64,000 nt of DNA from IMG/VR virus record IMGVR_UViG_3300004463_001172, positions 45,137 through 109,136 of that record. One strand, given 5' to 3'. Below are positions 50,985-61,225 of the stretch, in pieces. The notes beneath the pieces were generated by a model. It was not told the DNA's origin, ran no database searches, and worked only from the letters and a program-made list of their open reading frames with translations. The number at the start of each line of letters is the position of its first letter. The first letter of the stretch is position 1. Both the position numbers and the translations under genes were made by a program. Source of the DNA: a virus.

Positions 50985-51218
50985 ATGTCTCGTCGTCATG
51001 ACCCTTACTACGATCACAAGGTCTATCACTTTGCGGCACTCTTCTCGTCCAATGGGGATGTCTCCGCCTCGTGTTACGCACGACCCCGCCGCATCAACTT
51101 GGCGCGAGGCCAGAGCTGGACGATCACTGAGCGCTTTGTGACGTGCCCACGTTGTCGGAAACTGCTGCCTGAGACTGGTCTTTACCGACCTAGTCACACC
51201 TCACCTCAAGAGCTGTGA
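50985..51218 (+). CDS. Small Zn-binding protein bracketed by 20-bp repeats
   Basis: H...C...VTCPRC; repeats at 50962-50981 and 51199-51218. Confidence 0.7.
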   Translation: MSRRHDPYYDHKVYHFAALFSSNGDVSASCYARPRRINLARGQSWTITERFVTCPRCRKLLPETGLYRPSHTSPQEL

Positions 51219-54200
51219 GGTGGGTGATCATGTTCGTACCCCCACCGATTTGGTGCATCAGCTGGTGCACACAATGGATCTCCTACGACAGCGCGCGGAT
51301 ACCTCTGTCCGTCTCTGTTGATTTGGTCGCTGGCCAGGTGTCATGCTTGGTCCCGCACCAGGGACACCACCAATACCGATGGGTTGGGGAAATGTCTCCT
51401 GTGGTAGACCACCAGAGATGACACCAGCTGCACTGAAAATGAGTTAATATTTCGACCGCGATATGAAGCGGTGTCGTGGCCATCGGTGGACTCCTCTCTT
51501 GCTTCTTGGCCTTACCGCTTCTTGGTATCCCCTCCACAGCTACTACAATCGCATTTGTCCTCTACCAATCTGGTGACTTGTGTGCCATCAATTCGTAGTC
51601 GTTTATCCATGCGCCGGTAGTCATGAATCCCGCCGTTTTTCACCGCGATGATCAGACACCCCCCGACCTCATCAGTGATGGTTCCCGTGCGCCATAGCTT
51701 GTCAATCGGCGGACGCTTCTCGGATGTCTTCCGTTTGTGGGTTTCCATAGGTCTCCTTGTGCACACGACCTGGACACACCATCCCAGGGCTGAGTTGGCT
51801 ATAGATCGCGCACGGCTCAGGTGTCATGCTGCGCTCCATCGCTGTGCCCAACGGCCAGCAGCGCATTGATCAGCGCTGAGACCGCCTCAGCCTCGCACTC
51901 CCAGACCTGGCGCTCTGGTTGCCAGCTCAGCTGCTGGATTAACCACTGTGCCGCAATAATTAAGTCGGTTTGTTGGGCTGACGTCATCGCTCTGGCTCCT
52001 CAGCGCCTCGGCCGGGACGCTGCACTGTCCAGAGCCCCCTACCACCTAGCGCTGTATAAATCTTGGCGGCAAGCTGATCATCCTCTGGTGTGCCATAGGC
52101 TGGATCAGTTTGTTGCAGGGCCTCGTACCATCGCCGAATCAGGTGCAGCTCTTCGGTGGTCAGCACATGACCCTGGACCTGGCTCGGGTGGGGTTGCTGC
52201 GCATACGCCCGGAGAAAGCGCATGGTTTGCTGCAAGGCGGCGGGATTCTGGTCTGCATCGCCCAGGTGCTCGACTTGATACCAGAGGCTCTGCAGGAGCT
52301 GCGACAGCCATTGGTCAATGATGGTGATGGGGTCGTGCGGTTCAGCCATGGTGTGGTCCTTTCACCTCCCCTTGCGCGTGCTCATAGGCGTTCAAGGCCT
52401 TTAGCGCTTCTAGGAAGGCTGCAGCATTGCCTTCGATAGGGAGTGAGATCTGCTGCGCCGCGATCCAGAGGTTGAACAGTAGGGTATAGAGGTCACTATC
52501 GATTGGTCGCATCGGCTAGTCCTTTGCCCATGGGCTGCACTCAATCAGCCGCGCCAGGCTCAACTCGGCGCAGCGCAAGAGTGCGACCCATTCTTTGGGG
52601 GCGTGGGTCAGCATCTCGGGCTGATCTTTAATCATTTTGCAGAGGTGGACGAGCTGGTGTAATTCTTCAGCGGTCGCTTCTACACGCTTTAGATAGGCGT
52701 GATACTGCTCCGTTAACGTCATGGAGCCTCCTCATGATGATGCAGCGCCTCTGACTCCGCATCCCAGGGAATCACCACCTGGGCCTTATCATGCATGCCC
52801 CATATACCCGGACAGGTGCGGCAGCCGAGCTTCCGGCTATACGGACTGAAGGTTTCAATGACGTACCACCGATGATCACGACGCAACCAGCACCAGAAAC
52901 GAGCTAATGCTTGGATCATGAGCGTTTCTGCGCGTTCTCACGTTGCCGCAAGATGTGCCCGCTATGCCCCCACAGATACCGTAGGGGTTGTCCCTTGACC
53001 CAGCCGCGTTTGGTATCGGTTTGCCGGGCTAGCTTGGTAGGGTCGCCACAGCCACAAGCACATAATGGCATTGGTAGGCTCGACTCCTCAGCACGCATCG
53101 GATTGCCTCCATACCCAGATTGTGTCACCTTTGCTGTTGAGCTGATATTCATGGCCATGTCGGTATATCCAGTTTTTCAGCGCTTGAATCGTTTTCCGTG
53201 ACACTGGATGTACACACTTGGCTTGCCCTGTGGGAAGCGCTTGCACGCTCCGCAGAATGGCTTGGGCGTCGAGGTCTAAAAGCTTGTTGCCTGCGGTAAA
53301 GACCGGGCGTGGCACATCTTCGATGTCAATCGTCGTCATGGCGCACCTCCTCATATTGGGTCTGTTGGAGTGCCATCAGGTGATTCGCTGGATGTCCCAA
53401 GGCCAGCCCAAGATAGGAGGCTGTCACCAAGTCGATCCACATCTCCGGGTCGTCCATTTGCCGACACATCGTGACTATGAACAGATGAAAGCCGGGCATC
53501 GGCTCTGGTCCCATACGCTGGGCAATATCCTCATCCGTCCAGACCCGCCGATCGAGTTCGGCTTCAATGAAGCGCTGCAGTTGATTCAAGGCATCTCCTC
53601 CGGTGGTGGGGTGGCCAGCCATGCCCAGATCACGCGCTTGAGTGCGGTGCCACAAGTATTGCGGTGGCGCAGCGCCGCCTGGTATTGCGCTAACACGTCA
53701 TGCCGGACGGCCTGTACCAGCCAGTATTGGACCATGGCCTCGGCTTGGGTATAGGCATCGAAGGTCGGATGGCCATCCATCCAGCGCTGCAGAGCCTGGG
53801 AACAACGCTCACAAATGCTGGTGTCATAAACTCCACCCAGTTGGCCCCAGATGCCTGGGGCCTGGCAGCGTTCACAGAGATGCACTGGTTTCCTCCTGAC
53901 TCTCCACCTTGCACGGCCCTCCGAGCAGGCGTGGGCGTCGTGTCTGGCGTCGAGCTGTGCGTGTTGGTGGTGCTGGGGGTGTTTCTGGTAGCCGCAGCAT
54001 CTCTAAGACCAAGCCATGCGCCCGGTCTAGGCTATGGCGTTGACGTTCGATCAACTGCTCCAGCGTTTTGCGACTATGCGGACTTGACCCTGCCTCATCG
54101 AGCCATTGCAGCCAGGCGGCCATCGTGTCACTGGCAACCGTCCACTGCCGCTGCAGCTCTGTGAGTCGTGCACGATCAATAGGGGTGGGCATCGGGGGGT

Positions 54201-54222
54201 TCCTTTCTCTTCGTCATCTGCT

Positions 54223-54948
54223 TCATGGTGATGTTGTCCAGTCGAAGACGTCTTGTGCTGGGGCCCTACGGGCGCTCGTACCCTGCTGTAAGCGTTCTAC
54301 GGTGAGCGCACAATAGGCGGCTGACCGCTCAATCCCAATAGCCTGACGTCCCATATCTCTTGCTGCCTGTAAGAGCGTGCCTGTGCCACAGAAGGGATCA
54401 CAAATGATGTCTCTTGGTGCACTCAAGAGTCCTACCAGCCATCGCATCACCTTCAAGGGTTTCGGGCAAGGGTGGGGTCCCTTGAAGGGGTCGCCATGGA
54501 TTGCATTCACCACGAGAAAGTCTCTGCCTGCTTCACCAAAGATGGTTTGAAATGGTGGATGCATAACTCTGGTTGCCCAAATAATCGGCTCCCAAGAGAG
54601 CGGTGGTCCAGAGGTCCAACGATCTCCAGCGAACTCACGTTTATGCCAGCCGAGCTGCCGATATGGGCGTAGATCCGTCATCCGTAAAACAGTAGGGACG
54701 TCAAACGCATTCACGACACCAGGGAAGTACACCACGTTTTCTCCAGGGCACTGCTTCAAGATGTCGGCCAACCATACCTGATACGTTTCTCGTGGCATGT
54801 GGTCGTTGTGCTCGTCATACGACATCCCGACGTTGTAGGGCGGATCAGTAATCGTTACATCGGCGTGACACCTCGGGAGGAGGTCATTGGCGTCTCCATG
54901 CCAGAGCGTAATCCCCTCCTGCTGGTAGTAAGGTGTCTGAGGTGTCAT
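54223..54948 (-). CDS. Orphan N6A/N4C DNA methyltransferase (beta class)
   Basis: TDPPY, HPCPKP, DPFCGTGT, GIE. Confidence 0.93.
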   Translation of the reverse strand: MTPQTPYYQQEGITLWHGDANDLLPRCHADVTITDPPYNVGMSYDEHNDHMPRETYQVWLADILKQCPGENVVYFPGVVNAFDVPTVLRMTDLRPYRQLGWHKREFAGDRWTSGPPLSWEPIIWATRVMHPPFQTIFGEAGRDFLVVNAIHGDPFKGPHPCPKPLKVMRWLVGLLSAPRDIICDPFCGTGTLLQAARDMGRQAIGIERSAAYCALTVERLQQGTSARRAPAQDVFDWTTSP

Positions 54949-55663
54949 GCTCTCTCCCTTACGCTACGGACATACGAGCTACCAGACTTGATGATCCGCG
55001 GGGTGTAGATCCTCGAGCCGCAACACCTCCGCGCGTCTGGCTTCTGCTATGACCTCATGGGCTTGGTTCCAGGCGTCATAGACGACGCTCTCGCAGCGCC
55101 GGCAGAGGGTGACGATCAACAGCGGATGGTCCATACACGGACACTGGAGCAGCCGCTCGGCGCAGAGCCCACAGGTGAGATCGATATGGCCCGTCGTAGT
55201 AATATGGCCCTTCATAGTGCCTCCTCTGCATTATGAGTGAGATAGGCCCATCCTCCACTGCCATCCAAGGGGTCTAATTGCCAGTGGTCGATCAGCATGC
55301 CATCGTCATAGGCGATGATCTCAATCAGACGTCCCCCCTGATAGTGCAACTCATAGCCGCGGGTTCCACGGGCATAACGCTGGCGCAGCTCGCCCGGGGT
55401 GAGCCCGATTTGTGTCTCGCCTGGCACCTTCGGCCAATGACAGAGATCCCTCGGGATACCTGGGGGCATCCAGTTGACGGACATTTACCCTTCCTCCCCG
55501 TCATAGCAAAACGCCTGACGCGGCGAGCACGAGGCGCAGCGCTGGCGCCGATAGCTGGGCTGGGGGCAATCTGTCACGGTGCAGCGCCACGTCTGCCGGC
55601 AGGTCTGACAACGGTGATCGTGCCGTGTGCACTCTTCGGGCAGTATGGGACTCGGATCGAGAT

Positions 55664-56068
55664 TCAGGGACGTGTGGGGTCCTGCGGTGCCGCGAGCGAG
55701 CTGACTACGAGCATGAGGGTTTTGAGCTGCCCACCAGCCTGGCGTAATAACTCGTATAAATACTGGTGAGCTAAGGGGTCGCGGCTCTGATGCAGGAGGA
55801 GGCTGTCGAATTCGGTGAGCGTGCTTTTGATCTGGTTGGAGGTGAGCAGGATCCGGCTGCGCTGGCTTTCGATGGTTTGTGGCCCCACGCTCAAGGCTCC
55901 TACAATCCACTCCACCGGAAAGCCGAGAATCGTGGTGCCATCGAGCCGATACCGCATCAGGTCGGAGAGACTGTGATGAGTTAACGCGCGGAAGCGCTCG
56001 AAATTGTCTCGCGTCTGCCCACTGACCCGAGACTTGAACGTAAACGGAAACTCGGTGTCTTTGGGCAT
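55664..56068 (-). CDS. CII-like / DNA-binding regulator
   Basis: RHH-like N-terminus; position downstream of the cro-like gene. Confidence 0.45.
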   Translation of the reverse strand: MPKDTEFPFTFKSRVSGQTRDNFERFRALTHHSLSDLMRYRLDGTTILGFPVEWIVGALSVGPQTIESQRSRILLTSNQIKSTLTEFDSLLLHQSRDPLAHQYLYELLRQAGGQLKTLMLVVSSLAAPQDPTRP

Positions 56069-56224
56069 ACGGCCTACTCCGCGTGTGGGTCCGCGCCCCA
56101 GCGTCTGCCCTTCCGCTCATGCCCGCTAGGGAGTCTGCTAAGAAACAAGTAGCGTTTAATCTTTTTTTGTGGTACAGTACCTCTTGCATGATTGTTCTCC
56201 GGGGAAAGAGAACGAAGCTTCACG

Positions 56225-56260
56225 AACGGTCGTGGGTTGCCGCCTACGACCGTTTTTTTT
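56225..56260 (+). terminator. Plus-strand intrinsic terminator inside the leftward operon
   Basis: AACGGTCGTGGG-ttgccg-CCTACGACCGTT followed by a T-run. Confidence 0.75.
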
Positions 56261-56265
56261 ATGGA

Positions 56266-56622
56266 CTACCCTGCTGGTGGTTCTACCTCACGACCGGCCT
56301 GCTTCTCGACGAGAGGTCTCCAGTGATGATGATTACCATTGATATTTTTTGATAAATCATGTAATATATGTTCAATCTTCGCTTGGCGCTGCTTGTGTGA
56401 CCGCCTCAAATACCGGATGAGCTGGTCGGTACTCTCCAGGATATGTTTGACGTCTGCTGATTGAATCTCTCGTGGGCAGACTTTCCCGCAGCGCCGTTTC
56501 AACGTCGTCGTGAAGTTATAGGGGGCTACCTGCAAGCGCCGAGCGATCTCACGCATGGACAATCCAGTGGTTTTGAGGAGGGTTTGGATCTCGGAATAAC
56601 TTGCAGTTTCCCACCTGATCAT
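56266..56622 (-). CDS. Cro-like HTH protein
   Basis: TGLSMREIARRLQV; divergent from the repressor; TTGACT-17-TAGTAT promoter at 56687-56659. Confidence 0.7.
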   Translation of the reverse strand: MIRWETASYSEIQTLLKTTGLSMREIARRLQVAPYNFTTTLKRRCGKVCPREIQSADVKHILESTDQLIRYLRRSHKQRQAKIEHILHDLSKNINGNHHHWRPLVEKQAGREVEPPAG

Positions 56623-56702
56623 ATAAAGTCTCCTAACATGTTCTGGTATAGGGTCTATATACTATGCCATTTGGCGCACGAAGTCAAGTACAATTTGGAC
56701 AT

Positions 56703-57182
56703 ATGGCCCATAATCACGCCAGACCTCGCCGAGACCTCACCCGCCATCCGACGCTACAGCGCTGTATGGACGCGGTTCAAGCCTATTTACACCGCGATTA
56801 TTTGACCGACCGAGAGTTTGCCGAGTGGTCAGGGATTGGGGTGCGGACGGTGAATCGTTATAAAAATCGGCATACACCACCGCCCCAAGCGACGGTCCGG
56901 CTGGTGGCAGCGGAGTGTGGGGTGTCATTGCATTGGTTGGAAACGGGGGAAGGTCCGCAATGGCGGGAGGCCAGCCCGGAGCTGGCAGAACTGCTCCGGC
57001 TGGCCCGAGAGTTACCCGTGGCTGATCAAGCGCATCTCCGCACGCTCGCCCGCGTGCTCTCCCATCGGGATCAGGCGAGCTGGAGAAATATGCTCATCCA
57101 ACTCGCGATTGCGATTGATGAGCATATCCGCGAGGGCCCAGCTGCTGATCGTGTGGTCCCCCGCCGATCCCCACCAGGCTGA
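56703..57182 (+). CDS. CI-like XRE repressor
   Basis: EFAEWSGIG..TV.RY....P...V.L.WLETGEG. Confidence 0.8.
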   Translation: MAHNHARPRRDLTRHPTLQRCMDAVQAYLHRDYLTDREFAEWSGIGVRTVNRYKNRHTPPPQATVRLVAAECGVSLHWLETGEGPQWREASPELAELLRLARELPVADQAHLRTLARVLSHRDQASWRNMLIQLAIAIDEHIREGPAADRVVPRRSPPG

Positions 57183-57580
57183 TGCATCCGAAGCGGGTAC
57201 ATTGCTCCGGTCAAATCGACATGCAAATGCTGCCGCATGGGCACATTGGCGGCCGCTGCGGTCTCCCACATCCAATGAAAGCGCATGACGACGTCGTGAT
57301 CGGTGATCCAGCGGTGCGGATGGTACCGTAGGCTAAACAGGGTTGAGGCCCCCTGCGCTCGTGCGACCGCGAGCAGCGCCAACCAGCGATCCTGATAGTC
57401 AGGTATCTCACAGCGGATGCCATGCCAGAGCGGGATGGTCCGCATCGCCCGGCACTGCGCATCCAACAACGCAACCGTCCACCATTCTCCTTCCGCATCG
57501 CCTCCCATCGCGCGCTGCGCGTCCGTCAAGCGTTCCGTCCAAATCTGCTCATGTGAAGCCAAAGCCCCATTGGGCGTCAT
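57071..57580 (-). CDS. Degenerate RadC-like JAB domain protein
   Basis: E...VALLD.Q.R, A...GA......YHP, D, V....HL. Confidence 0.55.
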   Translation of the reverse strand: MTPNGALASHEQIWTERLTDAQRAMGGDAEGEWWTVALLDAQCRAMRTIPLWHGIRCEIPDYQDRWLALLAVARAQGASTLFSLRYHPHRWITDHDVVMRFHWMWETAAAANVPMRQHLHVDLTGAMYPLRMHQPGGDRRGTTRSAAGPSRICSSIAIASWMSIFLQLA

Positions 57581-57782
57581 CGGTGACCAAGCTCCTCTCT
57601 AAGCCAGCATGCCTGCCAATTGTTCTGCGCAACCCCTAAAGTCTCTCTTTTATATCATACGTTCATTATTGCGTCAATAATACGACATACTATGATTAAT
57701 TATGACATTATGTATCAGTGTTACACTTGCGCAGCATGAGATGTGTGTTGCAGGTCTCGTTGGGTCATGGTCAGATGTGGTC

Positions 57783-57811
57783 TTGACACGTGGATAGCCA
57801 ATGGCTATAAT
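57783..57811 (+). promoter_or_regulatory. Perfect consensus sigma70 promoter (leaderless RHH gene)
   Basis: TTGACA-17-TATAAT, ending 7 nt before the ATG at 57819. Confidence 0.9.
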
Positions 57812-57818
57812 GATAAGC

Positions 57819-58076
57819 ATGGCACGCGATCAACAACTCAATGTGCGCCTCACCACAGAGGAACATCGGCTCTTGCAAGCGTTAATAGCTCGGACGGGAT
57901 TAACGAAGACGGGGGTGGTCAAGCTGGCATTGCGGCATCTGGCGCGCGAGGAGCATATTACTGAAGGAGTGATGAGGGATGACGCAAGAGATGTCGATCA
58001 AGGAAGGAACCCTCACGGCATGGCAGACTGCTACAATAGATCAGAATCTTTCTCCCCTGATGACCACCATCGGTGA
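57819..58076 (+). CDS. Ribbon-helix-helix regulator
   Basis: QLNVRLTTEE..LL..L....GLTKT.VV..AL. Confidence 0.8.
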   Translation: MARDQQLNVRLTTEEHRLLQALIARTGLTKTGVVKLALRHLAREEHITEGVMRDDARDVDQGRNPHGMADCYNRSESFSPDDHHR

Positions 58077-58812
58077 TAGCCGGCGGGCGAGGGCTGGGCG
58101 CTGATGGGCTATGCGCCGGTGGCTTCACCCGTGGAGGATTGAACCTCATGGATCATTTTGGCATTGGCCTCACCCTCTATGGCATGGCCTTGAATTACAC
58201 GCTGGCCGCTCGGCAAACCGGACGGACCACCTCGTTAGTGGAGAGCGTGAAGGATGGCGATCGGATTGTATGTTATTCACCCCAGGAGGCTGCTCAGCTG
58301 AAGCGTCTCTGTCAGGCACGCGGGGTGACGGTTGACTGTGTGGTGATCAACCTGCGGTCTCCTGAGACGATATTTCAGTATCCAACCCCTTCTGGGCGGA
58401 CGATCTTTGACCATGTGTGGGTTGAGCACTATTATCTTCGTGTCCTCGCACAAGCGCAGCGCGACCTTGATTTCTGGGCCCGCGAAAGTTCTGCCAATGG
58501 CGCCGCGCACCGGGAGACTCGACAGGCGTATGAAGCCCTCGCGCGCTGGGGTCACTTAGGGACTCCTGCTGCAGAGCAAAACCGTGATGATGCTTGGTGG
58601 CCCTTGGACCCGCTGGAGTCCGCTTTGCTGCTCGCTCTTCGGACATCAAGCGCTGGGCTTGGTGACAGGCTTCCGGGCCTCTGATGGCGCGATGATCTCG
58701 CGCTGCGCCTGCTGTGGCGTGCCTGTTGTGTCCAAGCACTGGCGGGCTTCCCCAGCGCTCATGCTGCAGTTATATAGCGATAGCGCGCCCACGAGTGCGC
58801 AGGATGCGTCGG

Positions 58813-59505
58813 ATGATGATACTAAGTCATAAGAACATCTGCTTCCCTCTCATGGCCCTGATGGTCTTGCTATGGTCTGTCGTCTCGCCCACAGCGCACC
58901 AAGACGCCTGTCATACCCAGCATCGCTGTCCCTCTGATCATGACACGTATGTGTGTGGGGACACAGGCCACTGCGAGCAATGCCCTGATAACGACTTCTG
59001 CTTCTCCCATGCCCCACGTCAATCGAGCTCCGATCCTGCCCTTCCGGATGGGATGACGGTGTGCTTCACCCCAGGTGAGCCGTGCACTGATCAGATCGTT
59101 CAGGCGATTGCGAGCGCCCAGATGAGCATCTACGTCCAAGCCTATAGCTTCACCTCAGCCAAGATTGCCCAAGCACTGGTAGCCGCGTATCAACGCCAGG
59201 TGGAGGTGCGGGTGATCCTGGATAAGAGCCAGCGTACAGAGAAATACTCTTCAGCGGACTTCCTGGCGAATCATGGCATCCCGACGTTGATCGACGCCAG
59301 CCATGCCATCGCGCATAATAAGATTATTATCTTGGATCTACAGACGGTGCTCACCGGCTCGTTTAACCCTACAAAAGCAGCGCAGGAGAAGAATGCGGAG
59401 AATCTGCTGCGCGTCCAGGACTACGGCTTAGCGGCCCGCTATCTGCGCAACTGGCACGTCCACGCGGCGCATAGCCAGCCCTATGTAGGTAAGCTGCTAC
59501 CGTAG
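58813..59505 (+). CDS. Secreted phospholipase D / Nuc-type endonuclease with Cys/His-rich N-terminal module
   Basis: Signal peptide; HQDACHTQHRCPSD...CGD.G.C..CPDN; single HKD HNKIIILD...TGSFN, NAEN. Confidence 0.88.
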   Translation: MMILSHKNICFPLMALMVLLWSVVSPTAHQDACHTQHRCPSDHDTYVCGDTGHCEQCPDNDFCFSHAPRQSSSDPALPDGMTVCFTPGEPCTDQIVQAIASAQMSIYVQAYSFTSAKIAQALVAAYQRQVEVRVILDKSQRTEKYSSADFLANHGIPTLIDASHAIAHNKIIILDLQTVLTGSFNPTKAAQEKNAENLLRVQDYGLAARYLRNWHVHAAHSQPYVGKLLP

Positions 59506-59677
59506 CTCTCACACCCATCAGCTCACTTCGAGCACACCCTCTCTTCGCCGTCTGACATACATCCCCGCAAAAATATTTGCCATGTGGCCGATTGGCTATG
59601 GCTCACTTCTGATGACAAACCATGATATTTTGATGAAGAATATCCTAATAACTGATGATGAAGTGTAAACTTTTCTC

Positions 59678-59706
59678 TTGACGTGGGGGATATGACGGTA
59701 TACATT
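59678..59706 (+). promoter_or_regulatory. sigma70 promoter
   Basis: TTGACG-17-TACATT. Confidence 0.75.
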
Positions 59707-59707
59707 A

Positions 59708-59770
59708 TGTCTAGTACAGTCTAAAAGAGTCTAGTACAGTTTAGCATAGGTGGTTACTGGTGAGGTTTTA
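59708..59770 (+). repeat. Pentamer/decamer array (AGT-NN) starting at the predicted +1
   Basis: TGT CT AGT AC AGT CT AAA AG AGT CT AGT AC AGT TT AGC AT AGG TG GTT AC TGG TG AGG TT. Confidence 0.7.
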
Positions 59771-59847
59771 TTTTGATTTCAACCAATCCTCCTCTTATGA
59801 TACGCCCAGTGGTGTACGCACCCGGGCGTCTCAATGGGGGAGGGTTG

Positions 59848-60048
59848 ATGGAAGAATCAGGCGAGGTATTAACGCTCAAAGAAGTGGCTGCTAAGCTTCA
59901 GGTAAGTCTCCAAACTGTCTACCGGATGGTTTGGACTGGACGTCTCCAAGCCTTTCGCTTCGGCCGGATGTGGCGTGTGAGACGCAAAGATCTTGATCAG
60001 GCAATGGAACCCCATGGACCTTCACGCAACCGGGATTTACGCCATTGA
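59848..60048 (+). CDS. Excisionase-like HTH_17 protein
   Basis: LTLKEVA..LQVS..TVYR....G.L.A.R.G..WRV...DL. Confidence 0.9.
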   Translation: MEESGEVLTLKEVAAKLQVSLQTVYRMVWTGRLQAFRFGRMWRVRRKDLDQAMEPHGPSRNRDLRH

Positions 60049-60613
60049 AAATCTCTTGAACGGTCGGGTCTATGTCGGAGCTACTAAAGCTGGTTTACAG
60101 CAGCGATGGCATGCTCATCTTTCAATGTTATTTCAGCGCTCACACTATTGTAGCGAAGCTTTCCGAGCGGATGCTCATATCTACGGTGCGTGCGCGTTTC
60201 GATGTATCCTCTTGCAGTCTCTTCCTTCATCTACACAGATGGCTCCATTTGAAGCTTTCTGGATTCACTATATTCGATCGCTAGGTGTGGATTGTTATAA
60301 CAGTGCCCCACCATTTGAGCAGCGATTTCCTGCTAATCGTTGGCGTGCTGTACCACCAGTCTATCAGTACACTACACGTTCTGCCTATTCATATTGTCAG
60401 GCCCACCACGGATTAGAGTTTTGCGAAAATCGCCTACAGGCATTGGCTCGGATCGGCAAACTTCCAGCTTTTTTTGATGGCCAGAGGTGGTACTTTCGTG
60501 CTGATGACTTGGACTTCCTGTGCGCAGGCTATGAACCCGCCAAAAGTGGGCAACGCCGGGCCAGGAAAAAGCGCATCACTACTAGTTCTGGAGCCACATT
60601 ACAGAAGTTATGA
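60014..60613 (+). CDS. GIY-YIG nuclease with C-terminal HTH_17-like domain
   Basis: GIYAIEN..NG.VYVG.T...R...H; E..WI; YN; GKLPA......W.F...DLD. Confidence 0.85.
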   Translation: MDLHATGIYAIENLLNGRVYVGATKAGLQQRWHAHLSMLFQRSHYCSEAFRADAHIYGACAFRCILLQSLPSSTQMAPFEAFWIHYIRSLGVDCYNSAPPFEQRFPANRWRAVPPVYQYTTRSAYSYCQAHHGLEFCENRLQALARIGKLPAFFDGQRWYFRADDLDFLCAGYEPAKSGQRRARKKRITTSSGATLQKL

Positions 60614-60673
60614 TGCCCTAGAAGAGATTGAAACATCTCTTATTACGCTTAGCGGTCCACAGTGGAGGCTGAT

Positions 60674-60967
60674 ATGCCTGTCACGATTGAAACGCTCCCT
60701 CCCTATCATCGGATTTATCATGTGCGGCCGCTCTTGGCGACGCGGGTGATGTTCTTTGCGAAGTGTGCTGATCCGAGCCCGCATGCATTAGCGGCGCTCA
60801 CGAGTTTTGGCCAGCGGATTCTCCCGATGCTGATGTCGATTCCTGGGGTGGATAATGTCAGCTTCGAGCGCTATAGCGTGACTCTCAAGCGGGCTCATGC
60901 CTTTACGTGGGACGAGTTAGAGCCCCAGATTCTGGAAGTCTTCCAACGGCTGCTCGACGGCGAATAA
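60674..60967 (+). CDS. Nfu/NifU N-terminal domain protein
   Basis: L..IPGV..V......VT.......W..L.P.I..V. Confidence 0.7.
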   Translation: MPVTIETLPPYHRIYHVRPLLATRVMFFAKCADPSPHALAALTSFGQRILPMLMSIPGVDNVSFERYSVTLKRAHAFTWDELEPQILEVFQRLLDGE

Positions 60968-61225
60968 CCCCGCCAGTGCTGATGGTCAGGTGCCACGACC
61001 TTGTACCCATGTTTGGTAACCCATCGCGGTCGTAGAGATATGGCATGACCCCTCGCGAGAACTGGATGAACATTTACGCACCGCGGCTCGAAAGCTTGGG
61101 CTGCATTCGATTGATGCGCCTGACTGGCCCACAGAAAAGCTCGCGGCGGTGGAGACGTTGCGGCGGCTCTGCCCCGAGGCGACGATTACCCTAGATGAAC
61201 CTTTAGATGAGGTCATTGCGCGGCT

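Noticed and set aside
55485-56189. 234-aa ORF overlapping the cII-like gene
   Set aside because: Middle is low-quality overlap sequence; probably a chance join of a short leader ORF and a small Cys-rich gene
57655-57730. TATGA-rich periodic stretch as another pentamer array
   Set aside because: Phase not maintained; more likely AT-rich promoter/operator DNA
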